Source: Nemertoderma westbladi (taxonomy: Eukaryota > Animalia > Xenacoelomorpha). Taken from it: DNA of 64,000 nt. This document shows, one piece after another, positions 12,046-24,300 of the stretch. A program made the translations under genes and the position numbers. Location: assembly GCA_032718475.1 (NCBI GenBank), contig JAUCBJ010000548.1, forward strand, positions 1 through 64,000, written 5' to 3'. A model generated the notes under the pieces. It was not told where the DNA came from. It searched no databases and saw only the letters and a program-made list of their open reading frames with translations. Within the stretch, counting starts at the first letter, position 1, and the number at the start of each line of letters is the position of its first letter.

Positions 12046-12853
12046 TGCTTTTGGAATAACACCCCTTTCTTCTTTAAAGGTGCGGTTTGTAGTGGCCCGG
12101 GTATATGCCCTATGTCTAACTTTTCAACAGCTGTCTCACAAGACATTGGCATTATCACTTTCCAATCAAATTCATTCTCTATAATGGGAGTTGAATACTT
12201 AACGACTACTTTGTTTAATTCTGGCTTATCATATTGATCGATTGATATACTGTATCTGATCGAATAGCGGCCCACTTAACTTTTTCCCCCAATGAATCGT
12301 TATGATTTAGGGGGTAGAGTACAAGACTATCGTTCCAGTTCAATATATCTCGGTTAGATACTGGTATCGCTGTGTAGGGTTCTGGATTTAGTTTAGCATT
12401 GCTAATAATATGTAACCATTGTGATGGTACGTAAACGATCTTATTGTGAATCGACAGCTAAGTGTGACCAGGAATTACAAATTAATAACAGATGATGCAT
12501 CAACCTTTGAGCTATGCAAACGCAGACCAGCAACTAATAATAACATGCGATTTAATATCATTCAGCAGCCCTGGGAAATTATTGCTCAGATAAAAGTAAA
12601 AAGAATTAATTTTAAAATCAAATAATTATTATCTTTACATATGTTTTACATATCTTTACATTCATTATATGTGGAGATGATGTATGAATTGCGTGATGGG
12701 GTGCTTTATGTGTATTTATAATACTAAATGAATTGTTATTGTTAGGGTTTTTTTTGTTTAGAATTAATACATACAATTATTGCCAGTTTTAAAACCTAAC
12801 GGTTCAACTGTTTAACGTGGTTTCATATTTTAATGTTTCTTTAAATTTTAATC

Positions 12854-13897
12854 ATGATTGAAGCTATTAGAGAGTTCTTCACACCTTTGTTGTGGCCAAT
12901 TCCTCATATAATTGCAGCGATTCGTTTAAAAGATTCAGACCCTCCGCCAGAATTTAAAGCTGTTCCATATCTCACCGTACGAGGACATCTTACAGGCCTG
13001 GGTGGGGCACTTCGTTCTTTTCTGATTGGTATTTTTCTTGTTAACGGTCTCTATGATGGATACAGTTATCCGGCGTTTGGTCGAGGCCAGGTCTTCAACA
13101 TCTCATGGATGTGGCCGATCGTTTTGCGAAACATCATTGGGACCTGGTTGATTTGCAGTTTTTGGGATTGGTGGTTGTACTTTGGACCTCTAAAGGAGAA
13201 GTTGTTTAAACATAAAATATACAAAAGATATCCATCCATGGCACAAATGCGTCATGATGCCTTTTTTACAACCATAGCTTCATGTATTGCTGCAGCGCTT
13301 GAAATCACTCTGTGCCATTTTTGGGCCACTGGAACTTTACCTATGTCGCGGTCGCTGCTCGATAAACCTATTCTTAACTTGTTCATGGGTCTCACAATAA
13401 CTCATTTTCGAGAACCCCATTTCCATTTGATGCATCGCTTCATTCATCCATGGAAGATTGACAACATCCCTGATTTAGGAAAATTCCTATACCGCCAAGT
13501 TCATTCTCTGCACCATAAATCCAGCAACATCACCTCTTTCTCTGGTACTAACATGCACCCGGTAGAAGCAACTCTCTATTACTCAGCCGCACTCATCTCT
13601 ATTCCTTTTGGAGTCCATCCCAGTATTGTTTTAGGTTACTTTGTTGATCTTGCTATGATGGCATGGTTGGGTCACGATGGATTTGTCTTTCCCGGTTCTG
13701 GTGATTACTTCCATGAGCTCCATCACCTGCACTTCGACTGCAACTATGGAACCCCAAGGACTCCAATCGATTATTTTGTTGGAACATTCATAAATTCGAA
13801 AGAGGATGTTGAGAAAATTAGGGGAAAGAAGCCATCTGATTGGAAGGCAAATGAAACATACGTTCATTCGGACAGTACCTCAAATAAGGTCGATTAA
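12854..13897 (+). CDS. Sterol desaturase / fatty acid hydroxylase superfamily protein (ERG3/SC5D-like), intronless
   Basis: 347 aa with hydrophobic segments and di-iron His boxes HFHLMHRFIH, HSLHH, GHDG and HELHH, plus MHPVE and NYG motifs. Confidence 0.9.
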   Translation: MIEAIREFFTPLLWPIPHIIAAIRLKDSDPPPEFKAVPYLTVRGHLTGLGGALRSFLIGIFLVNGLYDGYSYPAFGRGQVFNISWMWPIVLRNIIGTWLICSFWDWWLYFGPLKEKLFKHKIYKRYPSMAQMRHDAFFTTIASCIAAALEITLCHFWATGTLPMSRSLLDKPILNLFMGLTITHFREPHFHLMHRFIHPWKIDNIPDLGKFLYRQVHSLHHKSSNITSFSGTNMHPVEATLYYSAALISIPFGVHPSIVLGYFVDLAMMAWLGHDGFVFPGSGDYFHELHHLHFDCNYGTPRTPIDYFVGTFINSKEDVEKIRGKKPSDWKANETYVHSDSTSNKVD

Positions 13898-14505
13898 ACA
13901 ATTAATTAATTGTTTAATCAATCGATTTGTATCAAATAATGTTGCCAAAGGCAATTTAATTTGATACAAATCAATCAGATAGGGGACGCGCAATGAATAG
14001 ATAGTACTACAGTAGGTACAGTAGATAAAATATACAATACAATAGGTACCATACAATACAATATACAGTACATTTGTATTATTTTTGTCATACAATAGAA
14101 TGATAGAATGAAATAAAAAGATGTGAGCGGGGCCCAAAACATAAATTACCCTTTCTGGAAAATACGTGGGCCAGTTTGGCTTTGACTCAGTCCCCCAATA
14201 ATCTGAGACTGTTTGGGCTCTTATTAGACGTAGCATGACTAATCCCATTGAATCCTATGTTGAGTTATACTGTATGCCAACATGGGGCTGCCACGAATTT
14301 TAAATTATTTAAACCTCCAGCTTCGTTATCATGTAGACCATTGTCAAATCGTCTGAGAAAATTACAACAAACATCTGGTTTGCAATAGATTGCATTCTTT
14401 CACATTATACTTTATGAAGCATCCTGTGCGCATGTTAAATTAATCCTCAACCATTTCTATACTAGATACTGTAGTTTTATGTTTGAAAGTAATGCATAAC
14501 CCCCT
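13889..14505 (-). repeat. Dispersed non-coding repeat with palindromic end (further copies at about 36110-36620 and 37400-38100, + strand)
   Basis: The reverse complement matches 36330-36620 and 37400-38098. It ends in the palindrome TCGATTAAACAATTAATTAATTGTTTAATCGA. Confidence 0.85.
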
Positions 14506-14728
14506 TAGCTATGAATTGGTTACTAGGCAATAATACTACATTTTGTATAGTTAGGCCTATTGCTGACCGAACGAAAACTGCCCTGGTTCATGCGAGGATC
14601 GAACCCACAACCTACTGGAGATGTGAATTCAAAGCAACCACTACACCAAGGTGGAACAGTAACGTTCGAATTTGTTCATTAACGTTCGAATTTGTAAGAC
14701 TCTGATTTAAGACCTCAGCCACAGCCTC
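14506..14728. repeat. Outer part of left arm of long inverted repeat (continues 33605-34027 after the BEL insertion)
   Basis: Reverse complement of 35385-35600. Confidence 0.9.
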
Positions 14729-15938
14729 TGTAAAAGCTTTTGCGGATATAATCAGTCCCCCTGCCCGCAAAGTACCGTTGTAGGTGTTTTAACGGACATA
14801 AAAGTCATTCTTCTATATGTGTGCTTTGGCGGACATGGTAAGGCACAAAACCCGCAATGCGTCAAATTCTCTAGCACAGTGTAGCCTTGATGATTCAGAT
14901 TACGACATCTAACAGCTGGTTGCTGGCATGGAAACGGCCGTTGGACACATGGTTCTTTGTTTCAGCTTAACAGCCAATCAGAGCGATTTTTACTGTCGAT
15001 GTGGAGATATTCTACAGATCGTGCTATCAGTATTCAGTCTTATAGTTTTCTGGTTTATAGTTTTGTTGTTTTTTCTATCTAGGCCAAGAACACCGGCTCT
15101 AGAGTCAATTCGTTTCAGACTTTAGAAGAAACATTAGTAGGCTTAGATTATAGAGCGTATAACTGTTACCGGCCCAATTATCAGCGCAGTAGCGCAGCGG
15201 TACAATCTTATATTGTTATAATCTTAACCTACCGTCTTAATGCTTTTTACTGTTGTTATTGTTTCTATCTAGTTGGTTGAATATTATTATTTGGAGAACA
15301 TCTATAAAGATCCCAAATTTCCCAATTTTCTTGATACACTACAGGTTAGAGAGACAGGTTACATATAGCGATTGCGACTTATATTATCGTGGTTTGTAGT
15401 GAGTTTAATGCTATTTGATAGGCACTACATGAGTCAATTGCTGTTCTCTTTATATATGATAAAATTCATTGACGGTCGGCAGATTAGTGTGCAGTATTGT
15501 GTGGTACCGGTAGTGTGCATGATTGTGGCTGCTAACTAAGCATTTCCTAAAGAATGCGCCTCATACGTGAATCATAAGCCTTACAGTCTTACAGTTGTGT
15601 TTAGTATAAGTCATATCTCTGTTTACCTAGATAGAGCGCCACGTCCTAAAGGAACTGTTAATATTTCCCGAAAGTGAATAATACTCGTCAGAAATTATTT
15701 ATTAACGATCAATCGAATAATACAGTAAGCTTACACTGCAATAATAAAATCTAAGCCCCATCCGAATCCAGTCTCCCGGGTATATCCAGCGGGTGAATGG
15801 ACGCGCACTAGGCTGGCTTCGGCTAATGTTGTGTTTATTGGTATTAAATACTTGTCATTTACTAAAGTCTATTTATAAACCAAAAGACATATAAATTTTG
15901 GCAGGTTAAACTGCTAAAGGTCTTCAAAAGCGCGTACA
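14729..15938 (+). repeat. BEL1 5' LTR
   Basis: TGTAAAAGC...GCGCGTACA, a direct repeat of 32390-33599. Confidence 0.97.
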
Positions 15939-16001
15939 GTAACAGTTATTTTCTTTATTGCAGTAAGCAATAAAGTTGAAAGTACCGGTCGACCGGTAAA
16001 C

Positions 16002-16318
16002 CTGAACCGGTACTGCTGTAGGTCCGTAGGCCCAACTGCCAGAATCGGTACTGCTGTAGGTCCGTAGGCCCAACTGCCAGAATCAGTACTGCTGTAGGTC
16101 CGTAGGCCCAACTGCCAGAACCGGTACTGCTGTAGGTCCGTAGGCCCAACTGCCAGAATCGGTACTGCTGTAGGTCCGTAGGCCCAACTGCCAGAATCGG
16201 TACTGCTGTAGGTCCGTAGGCCCAACTGCCAGAATCGGTACTGCTGTAGGTCCGTAGGCCTAACTGCCTGAACCGGTACTGCTGTAGGTCTGTAGGCCCA
16301 ACTGTCCTAACCGGTACT
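16002..16318 (+). repeat. 38-bp tandem repeat, about 8 copies, in BEL1 leader
   Basis: Unit GGTACTGCTGTAGGTCCGTAGGCCCAACTGCCAGAATC; the TACT core recurs at 16011, 16049, 16087, 16125, 16163, 16201, 16239, 16277 and 16315. Confidence 0.95.
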
Positions 16319-16489
16319 TCCAGTATAAGTACATTAGTATTATTCGATTTTGATTATTGTATACCGGTAGGTCTCGATATTAAATCGGGGACGCCTGGTT
16401 TTTATTGGGATTTTACTTAGGTCTATTTCTGTCGGTTTTATTTCCTAGTAAGTTAATATTGAGCTGAAGACGTGTAAGTCTGCTCAGAT

Positions 16490-17070
16490 TGTTCAGATAA
16501 TTGTAGGCCGGACTGTTGTCGGATTGTTGTTGGGTCTGGAGAGATTGCGGCGTGTGTAGAGTTTGTCCGATAAAGTGCCAGTTAGTAAGTTGGGGCAGCC
16601 AGAGCTGTAAGGTCAATCCCCTCTTAAAGAATAAGTCGTACTACCGTGTTAGAACGCATACTAACTAACCATTTTGGAATCTGCATATACTGTAGTTTAT
16701 TTAGGCTTGACAGTAGTCTGCCAGCATTTTGGCCTGTGTTTGTTTGTGTGGTCTGTTCAGGTACCGTAATAGTTATTACTCAGATATTTGTAGGCTGGAT
16801 TGTTGTCTAGCTATTATTAGGTCTGAAGAGATTGCTGCGTGTGTAGAGTTTGTCTGATAAAGTTCCAGTTAGTAAATTGGGGCAGCCAGAGCTGTAAGGT
16901 CAATCCCCTCTTAAAGAATAAGTCGTACTACCGTGTTAGAACGCATACTAACTAACCATTTTGGAATCTGCACATACTGTAGTTTATTTAGGCTTGATGG
17001 TAGTCTGCCAGCGTTTGGTTTGTATTTTGTTTGAGTATTCTGTACGGGTAGCGTAATATTTATTATTCAG
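16490..17070 (+). repeat. 287-bp tandem duplication in BEL1 leader
   Basis: AGAGCTGTAAGGTCAATCCCCTC at 16601 and 16888, with flanking identity. Confidence 0.9.
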
Positions 17071-18370
17071 AGTTTATGCGATTATTCGCAACATTCATGT
17101 TGCGAATAAGCCCCAAGTTTATTCCTACAGTAATTGTGCTTGTTACACATACCGTTATAGTTAAATTAACCCCGGTACTACACGGGCTGCTTGGCGTAGG
17201 TAAAGACTGGTGACTTTGTGCTCCGGTCACTCCAGCAGATGCCGTGGTTCTTTTAACTGTTCAAGTATATTTAACTGCTAGTTATCTGTTTTAATAAGTA
17301 CTTGTACCTAATTTAGGGTTTGGTGTACAGTGCTTTCTGAAAGTAATTAGTGTGTAGGCAGTGTATTGTGTTGTAAAGTGGTTAATAGGCACGTTGGATC
17401 TGGTAGTCCGCGGTAATTAACTTCTAGGTAGGAACACTCCGTGATACATAACGTAGTACCTATAGCGATACGGCTATAGGTCGTCAGGTGGTGGTATTTT
17501 CCTATCTGGACAGCGCAATATATATTTACTACTACTTATTATTTTCAAATACCGTAGTACCCTGTCCGTTGTAATAACCAGAATTCTAACCCTTTGTTAG
17601 GCTGGTTTGTAGACTTCCTGTAAAATTACCCTAAAATTTCATACGTAATATTTTGTTGTGTTTTAATTAGAGAATTAATCTCACCCGTATCGTAAGTAAT
17701 TTGTAGTATTAAGTAACTTAGGTAAATTAGAATTATTTGTTTTAGTGTCCAATAAGTAGCACTTCACTGAGAGCGCACAGCTTCTGTGTAGTGACTCCCC
17801 CCAGAAATAATAACATTTATTTAAAATATTGACAAAACCCATTTAAACGGGTATATATATATTATAAATCAACTCAAACGATTTATAAATAGTAGGCCTG
17901 CCATACAACAACTAGGTCTCAATATCAGTTGGACTACTGCTTAAATAACGGTAATAAAGTAAGTTAAAGTAACTAAGTAACCTTTAAAATTCAGAAATTC
18001 AATTATTTAAATAATTGATATACCAGTATTCACGATAGGCCTATTATCTTTATTTCTATAAATTTAGGCTGAAATTATACCGGTATTCTGTAATTAATTC
18101 TAGTCCAGAATTATACTTATATACTATAAGTGTAGGCTGTATACCGGTATTCACGATAGGCCTATTGTATATTTATATATATTTGTGTTAAAATTATATA
18201 CCGGTATTCTGAGACAAACCTAGTTTACAATACTTATATATATTATAAGTGTATACCGGTATTCTAATCTACTGTAATAAATTACCGGTACTAGGCCAAC
18301 GGTCATACTGAATTACTAGACTCGCTTTAACTGTAACTATAGCAGTAAGCATTCAACTGTATAGATAAAC

Positions 18371-21300
18371 ATGTCTGACACCCAGCAAAACCTGTCAGAC
18401 AGTCTAATCGATACAACCATCTGTGACACAGATAGGAGTGTGGAGCGATTAATAAAGGGGTTCAGCTCACCTCCTACTGAAAGAAAGGTCATCCCTCCAG
18501 TAGTAGTATCAGACCCTAGGCTAATCCAACACCGTAGGTCTATCATCGGCACTCAGGCCCAAGTCAAACGGAACCAGGAAGCAGCTGTCCAACAACAGCA
18601 ACATCCTAGTCAAGAAACTTGTTCCCAGCGACCCGATAGCTCCAGTAGTTCGGATACTGTAGAGCTGACCCCCGAACGCGGAGTGCAGATGGCGGTTACA
18701 GCCTACTCGGATCCCCTTCTCACCCTTCCTGCCGCAGTGCTAACTACTATATTGATTGCGGTGGAGGAACACCAAGTCGATTGGGCGAGAAGTAAGCGAG
18801 CGACCCAAGATAGTTATGCGGGATACGCCAGGGAAGAATTGATGTCTATTGTCGAGTCACAATGGAACTTTCCCGGACCCGGACTCCTGTTAGATTTGTC
18901 CGAAGCTACTTGGGAAGACATACACAGGATGGGAGTGACTAAAGATACGATGGATCCAGCTGTTTGGAAGAGGTCGGCAGCAGGATATGTGCAGGGATTC
19001 TTCGGCTCCTTAGAGCGATTAGAAGAACAACTGTTTCGACAACCCCAAGGACCTCAAGAGCAGGAAGAGCTGCTTTATCAAGTACGCGAAAGAACCCTAC
19101 GCATTAGACTAATCCTATCAGCCTTTGAGGAAACTTCTAAAAGAAGACAGGACACGTCGCTGCAGGTTGCAGTCAAGACTTGGTTCCAGCGGGTAGGTCT
19201 CAAAGTTCAAGAAACGGCCCAGTGGAAATCCCAGCTGGCTGAGAGACCAACCTATGAAGAATCAACCGATGCCACTTTCTCTCAAGTGGAAAGCGAAGTG
19301 ACAGCAGAGAGACCGCGAACGAGAGACGCCATCGACATCTATCTGTCAGACTATCAACGTTTTTTAGGTGATGAAGAGTTGAGGAGACGACTGGCTGGAC
19401 TTCGCCCCAATAGTGAAGGAGCCAAGCTTGTGTTGGACTCAATCGATGCGGAAATGTGGGCTGCAAACAAAGCTAAATTTGATGAAAAGCTCCACCTCGC
19501 TAGAGTCCAAGAAGAACAAGTAAAGAAAAAACGTATAGAGGACAGAAAGGCAGTAGCAGCGGCAAAGGCGGCAGCGACAGTGGAAGAGGCAAAGGCGGCA
19601 GCGGCAGTGGAAGAGGCAAAAGCGGCAGTGGAAGCAGCAAAAGCAGCAGCAGCAATGGCATTGGCAGAAGCAGAACAGAGAGCGTCAGAAGAGACCACCC
19701 AACTGGAGTTGGAAAATCTTCAAGAGACGCAAGACTGCATAAATAAACAGTTAACTGCTAGTCAAATGCAGATGATGAGTCAATCTACTCCCAAGCGCCA
19801 AGGATACACATCATCGGAGGAAAGCGAGACCACCGATCCTGAAGGCGGAGGAAATAGATCTCGTCTAAGCAGGCGTAGAAAAACATCTCACCGTCACAAA
19901 TTGCCTGATTTGCCCCCAGCGGTTAGAAGACAACTAGCTAGCACAGACTTAGGTAGTACAGAACCCACAGACCAAATTATTCAGGTCAAAAGACTCCCTA
20001 CAATAGTTGATGAGCCTGAAATAATTAGGCCTGTCGTTCCCAAAGCCACTCCTGTACTAGAGACCCCTGTACTTCCAGAGCTTAACTCTAAATTCCCTTT
20101 ACACAGTACTACACTGCCTGTACCCGGTAGAACAGTCCATGAGAAAATCCCTGTCCTGGACGCTGAGAGAGAAATCAAAGATTTGTCTCCCGTCGTCCCG
20201 CGTCGGCCCGCTACAATGTTGGCGACTCCCGCTTCGGCGGTCGAGTGGGTAGAGGAGGGACGGCGGGGGATGAATCTCCTGCTCGGACAGATGCAGGAGA
20301 CTGTCCATCAACTTAAGGGAACAGTAAGGGAAAGTAGGGCAGAATTGCAAGAAGTGCAGCAAAGTATCGCGCTAGAACGTGACAAATTAGTCAATATACA
20401 AAAGGGTATACCAATACCCCCAGTAACATTGTGTCAACCTGTTAGGTCTGAAGTATCACATGCGCAAGGTGTGGAGCCTACACGCATCTATACTGCTAGT
20501 GAAGTAGAAACTCCTATAGCAAACCCTATTAAGGGTGATTATAAACCTGTTGTTAATGATATTCCCTATAGACCTGATAATGATCCGAGAAATTTATATA
20601 CCGATAATTCGATATTAAATAACACGATGGCCCAAGAAAGCTTTACGTGTCAGATGGCTAGAACAGAAGCCCGCCAAGCGGTCAAAGTGGGAGAGATCGT
20701 CAAATTCAATGGAGATGAGATGAAATGGTTACCTTTCAATGAATATTGCAAAGATAGCATACAGAACTCTGTACTATCTAACGGAGAGAAACTTAGATTC
20801 CTCATCAAGTGCTTGGAAGGACCTCCCAAGTTAATGGCGTCAAAGTTCATTGGACATCCAGATGGATTAAGACAAGTTTGGGATACATTAAACATCAGGT
20901 ATGGTAACAAGGATAACATAGCTAAGTATTTGTATGCAAAATTAGAAGCCCCCCGAAACTTCCTTAGTAGCGGGATTATAGAGTTTTCCGATGAGATTCA
21001 GGAGATCTGTAGACAATTGGACTGGTTAGGTAAGTCTCATGAATATCAGAGTTCCATGGTTATTGGAGCCGTAGTCTCTACTTTACCAAAGGGTGGAGTA
21101 TGTACACGCTGGGATAAGAAAGTGTTGTATATGAATGAGCAGCAACGACGAAGCCCTACCATGGCTGATCTCATGTCCTTCTTAGATGGTGAAGTAAAAC
21201 TACAACTCATCATGCAGTCCAGAGAGAAAACATCGGAAAATAAGGTAAGTGAGAAACCCATTTCTAGGAGAAGAGTAACACCAGTGTGTTACACTGACGA

Positions 21301-24300
21301 CGGCGAAAGCCAAGCTTCTCAAGAAGAGGACAGTGGAAAAGACACTGATAGATTTTACTACGTTAACAAAACCTCAAAAGACGTAAGTAAATACAAGGCT
21401 CGAACCAACGATAGGAGAGAACAGGTTGCCAAGACTCCTCCTCAGTCTCCTAACAGAATGCACGGAAGAAAGACCGAAGAAAGAACGAGAGTGCATCAAG
21501 TTACCCAAGGTAAAGTGAGTAACATCAAACCAAACTGTGCGCTATGCGATGGGCCCCACCGTTTGAGTGCGTGTGCTGAATTTCTAAAGAAATCCCTTGT
21601 AGACAGACGTGCAGTCATGTGGGATAAGCGGTTATGCTATAATTGCCTCAGATCAGGACACCAACGGCGAACCTGTTACTCCGACGTAAAGTGTGCAAAG
21701 TGTGGCGCGAAACATCACATCTTGTTACACAGTGAGTTCGAACGAGACAACCCGAGTCAGGTAAGTGAGCCCGAACTACATGTCCAATTCAGTGATGTAA
21801 ATGACACTGATCAAGAGTCTGAGATGGAAGGATTCTATACTGACGAATTCTCTGACGCCAACGAATCCTGTTACTTAATAAATACCGCAGTGTATCGAGC
21901 ACTTACTTACGAAAAGGACACCGACAATGAGTTTCCCCCAACTACTTTTGCCAGACAACCATCTTGGAAAGCTCCAACTTCCAACGTAGGAATCAGAGAA
22001 TTTCCTGTAGTGCAGGTAAGAGTTCACGGTCCTAACAAAAGTTACATAGTGAACGCCCTCCTTGACTCCGGCAGCACAGGAACATTCATCGACCAAGAAC
22101 TAGCCGAAGATATCTTTGCTGGACAACCCAAATTCCGGACTAAATTGAATATGTCAGGAATTATGCAGGTTTGGAAATCTACCCTAACGGCAGATTACTA
22201 TGTAGGTGTGTTGTCCACCCCCCAGGATAAATTAGGAGCACAAGGTATAAGGTCGGTAAAAATGGTGGCTATAAAGAACTTCGCTACTACCCAAGCAGAT
22301 CTTTATAATTGGGACGAGGATGAGAGCATCCAACAGCTTAAGATACCTCGATTCCAGACAGATTATCCTGGAGTGCAAATACTCATCGGCCAAAACGCGC
22401 ATGAGGCGCTCGAGACATTGGAGAAACGGCCTGCTCAACCGCAGCCACTGCAAACCTATGCGGTAAGAACTAGAGTAGGTTGGTACTTTACTGGCCCTTC
22501 CCGCAGAACTCTCGAAGAGAGAATGCCACAAGAACGAATATACCAAGTAAACGATTGGGAAGTGGAGAGCAGTGAGGTGGAAGAACTAACTGAGGGAACA
22601 CCATACTCCTCAGATAATGACGACATATACCAACTCTTCGATGAAGAGAACACAATCGACCTACTTACAGAAAACAAAACGTGGAAAAACCAGGTGAACC
22701 TATGTCAACTGATTCGCCCATCGGGACCCATTGATTACAATGACGAACTAAATGATGAGATAGAGCGCTACAACGATAGAACTCGGGACGAACTCGCCGT
22801 ACGATTCTTTACTCAAGAATTGGTAGAGCCCAATTCATACGATAAGGCCCTATCGATAGAGGAAGAAAGAGCCAAGCAAATCCAGGAAACAACTATCCGT
22901 TTTTTAAAAGATCAAGGTAGATATGAAATCGGCCTACCATTTCGAAAACGAGAACCTAGATTTATAAATAACAGACCCTTGGCAGAGAAAAGAATCACTC
23001 AATTACATCGACGCCTTACGGCTAACGCTTCAGCTAAAGAAATGTACCAAACTCAGTTGAAGAAATTTATTACAAAGGGATACGCGGAGCGAGTACCGGA
23101 AGGAACACCAGTGACTGAGAGAACGTATTACTTAACACATCATTACGTTCCCAAACCCGGTAAACCCCATGAAGTACGAGTCGTATTCGATGGCTCCGCT
23201 CTATATATGGGCCAATCCCTCAATTCCGAGTTGTTACCAGGACCCAACTTACTCCAATCCTTGTTGGGAATACTTTTAAGATTAAGACAATATTCCATCG
23301 CGTTCGCCTCCGATATAGAAGGAATGTTCTTACAAGTCAAGGCGCTGGATAGAGATAGAGACAGCCTGAGATTTTTGTGGTGGCCTGAAGGAGATCTCAA
23401 CCAGAAACCGGTAGAGTACTGGATGACCATCCAGGCTTTTGGGATCATATCAAGCCCTTCCAACGCCTGCTCCGTGGTGCGGACCACTGCGAATGACAAC
23501 CGAGACGCCTTCTCAAAAGAGGTGATAGACAACATCAAGCGTAATATATACATGGACGACAATTTAAGGTCCCTTCCATCAGTAGAAGAAGCCATTGATG
23601 TCGCGAAAGGAACGGTAGAGTGTTTGAAAAGAGGTGGATTTCGACTGACGAAATTCACCAGCAACTCCCGTGAGTTTCTGGAAGCGATACCGGTAGAAGA
23701 CCGAGGAACGAAAGATCTAGACTTAATAAAGGACAATCTTCCAGAAACCAAGACGCTTGGCTTGAAGTGGGACACCGAAAGAGATATCCTGTTTTTTCAG
23801 CTAAAACAGCGAGATAATCCAGTTCGGACCAAACGGATTTGTTTAAGTATCCTGAGCACTTATTTCGACCCATTGTGATTTATTAGCCCAGTTATATTGA
23901 TTGCTCGGAGTTTAGTACAACAAATGTGGCTTGAAAACCACTCATGGGACGATCCACTTAAGGGAGAACTGTTAAAGAAATGGATGAAATGGGAAGATTC
24001 TCTACCTGCCATCGAGAGCTTTGTAATTTCCCGTGCATATTTTGGTCATGTTCTTCCTACGTATTCCTATCAACTCCGTGTTTGGAGACGCCAGCGACAT
24101 GGGAATAGGTATAGTAGCATATCTGCGAGTCGAAACTCCTGATGGAATCAAAGTCGCCTTGGTTACCTCTAAGGCATTGATTAACGACAAGTTAAAGGTT
24201 CCTCGAGCAGAGTTAAAAGCGGCTTTATACGCTACAGCCATCGGCCGGAACGTAACAGAACAAATCGACTATCCACTGGAGAAAACTGTTTATTGGACCG

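Larger units (their letters stand above)
8160..12660 (+). repeat. Segmental duplication, copy 1 (copy 2 at about 59350-64000)
   Basis: Long colinear near-identity with indels, e.g. 8265 GACAGGTTTTTGT vs 59636, and 12600-12660 vs 63930-63990. Confidence 0.92.

Noticed and set aside
16002-16318. 38-bp repeats as a CRISPR array
   Set aside because: The units are head-to-tail with no unique spacers, there are no cas genes, and the context is a eukaryotic LTR leader.
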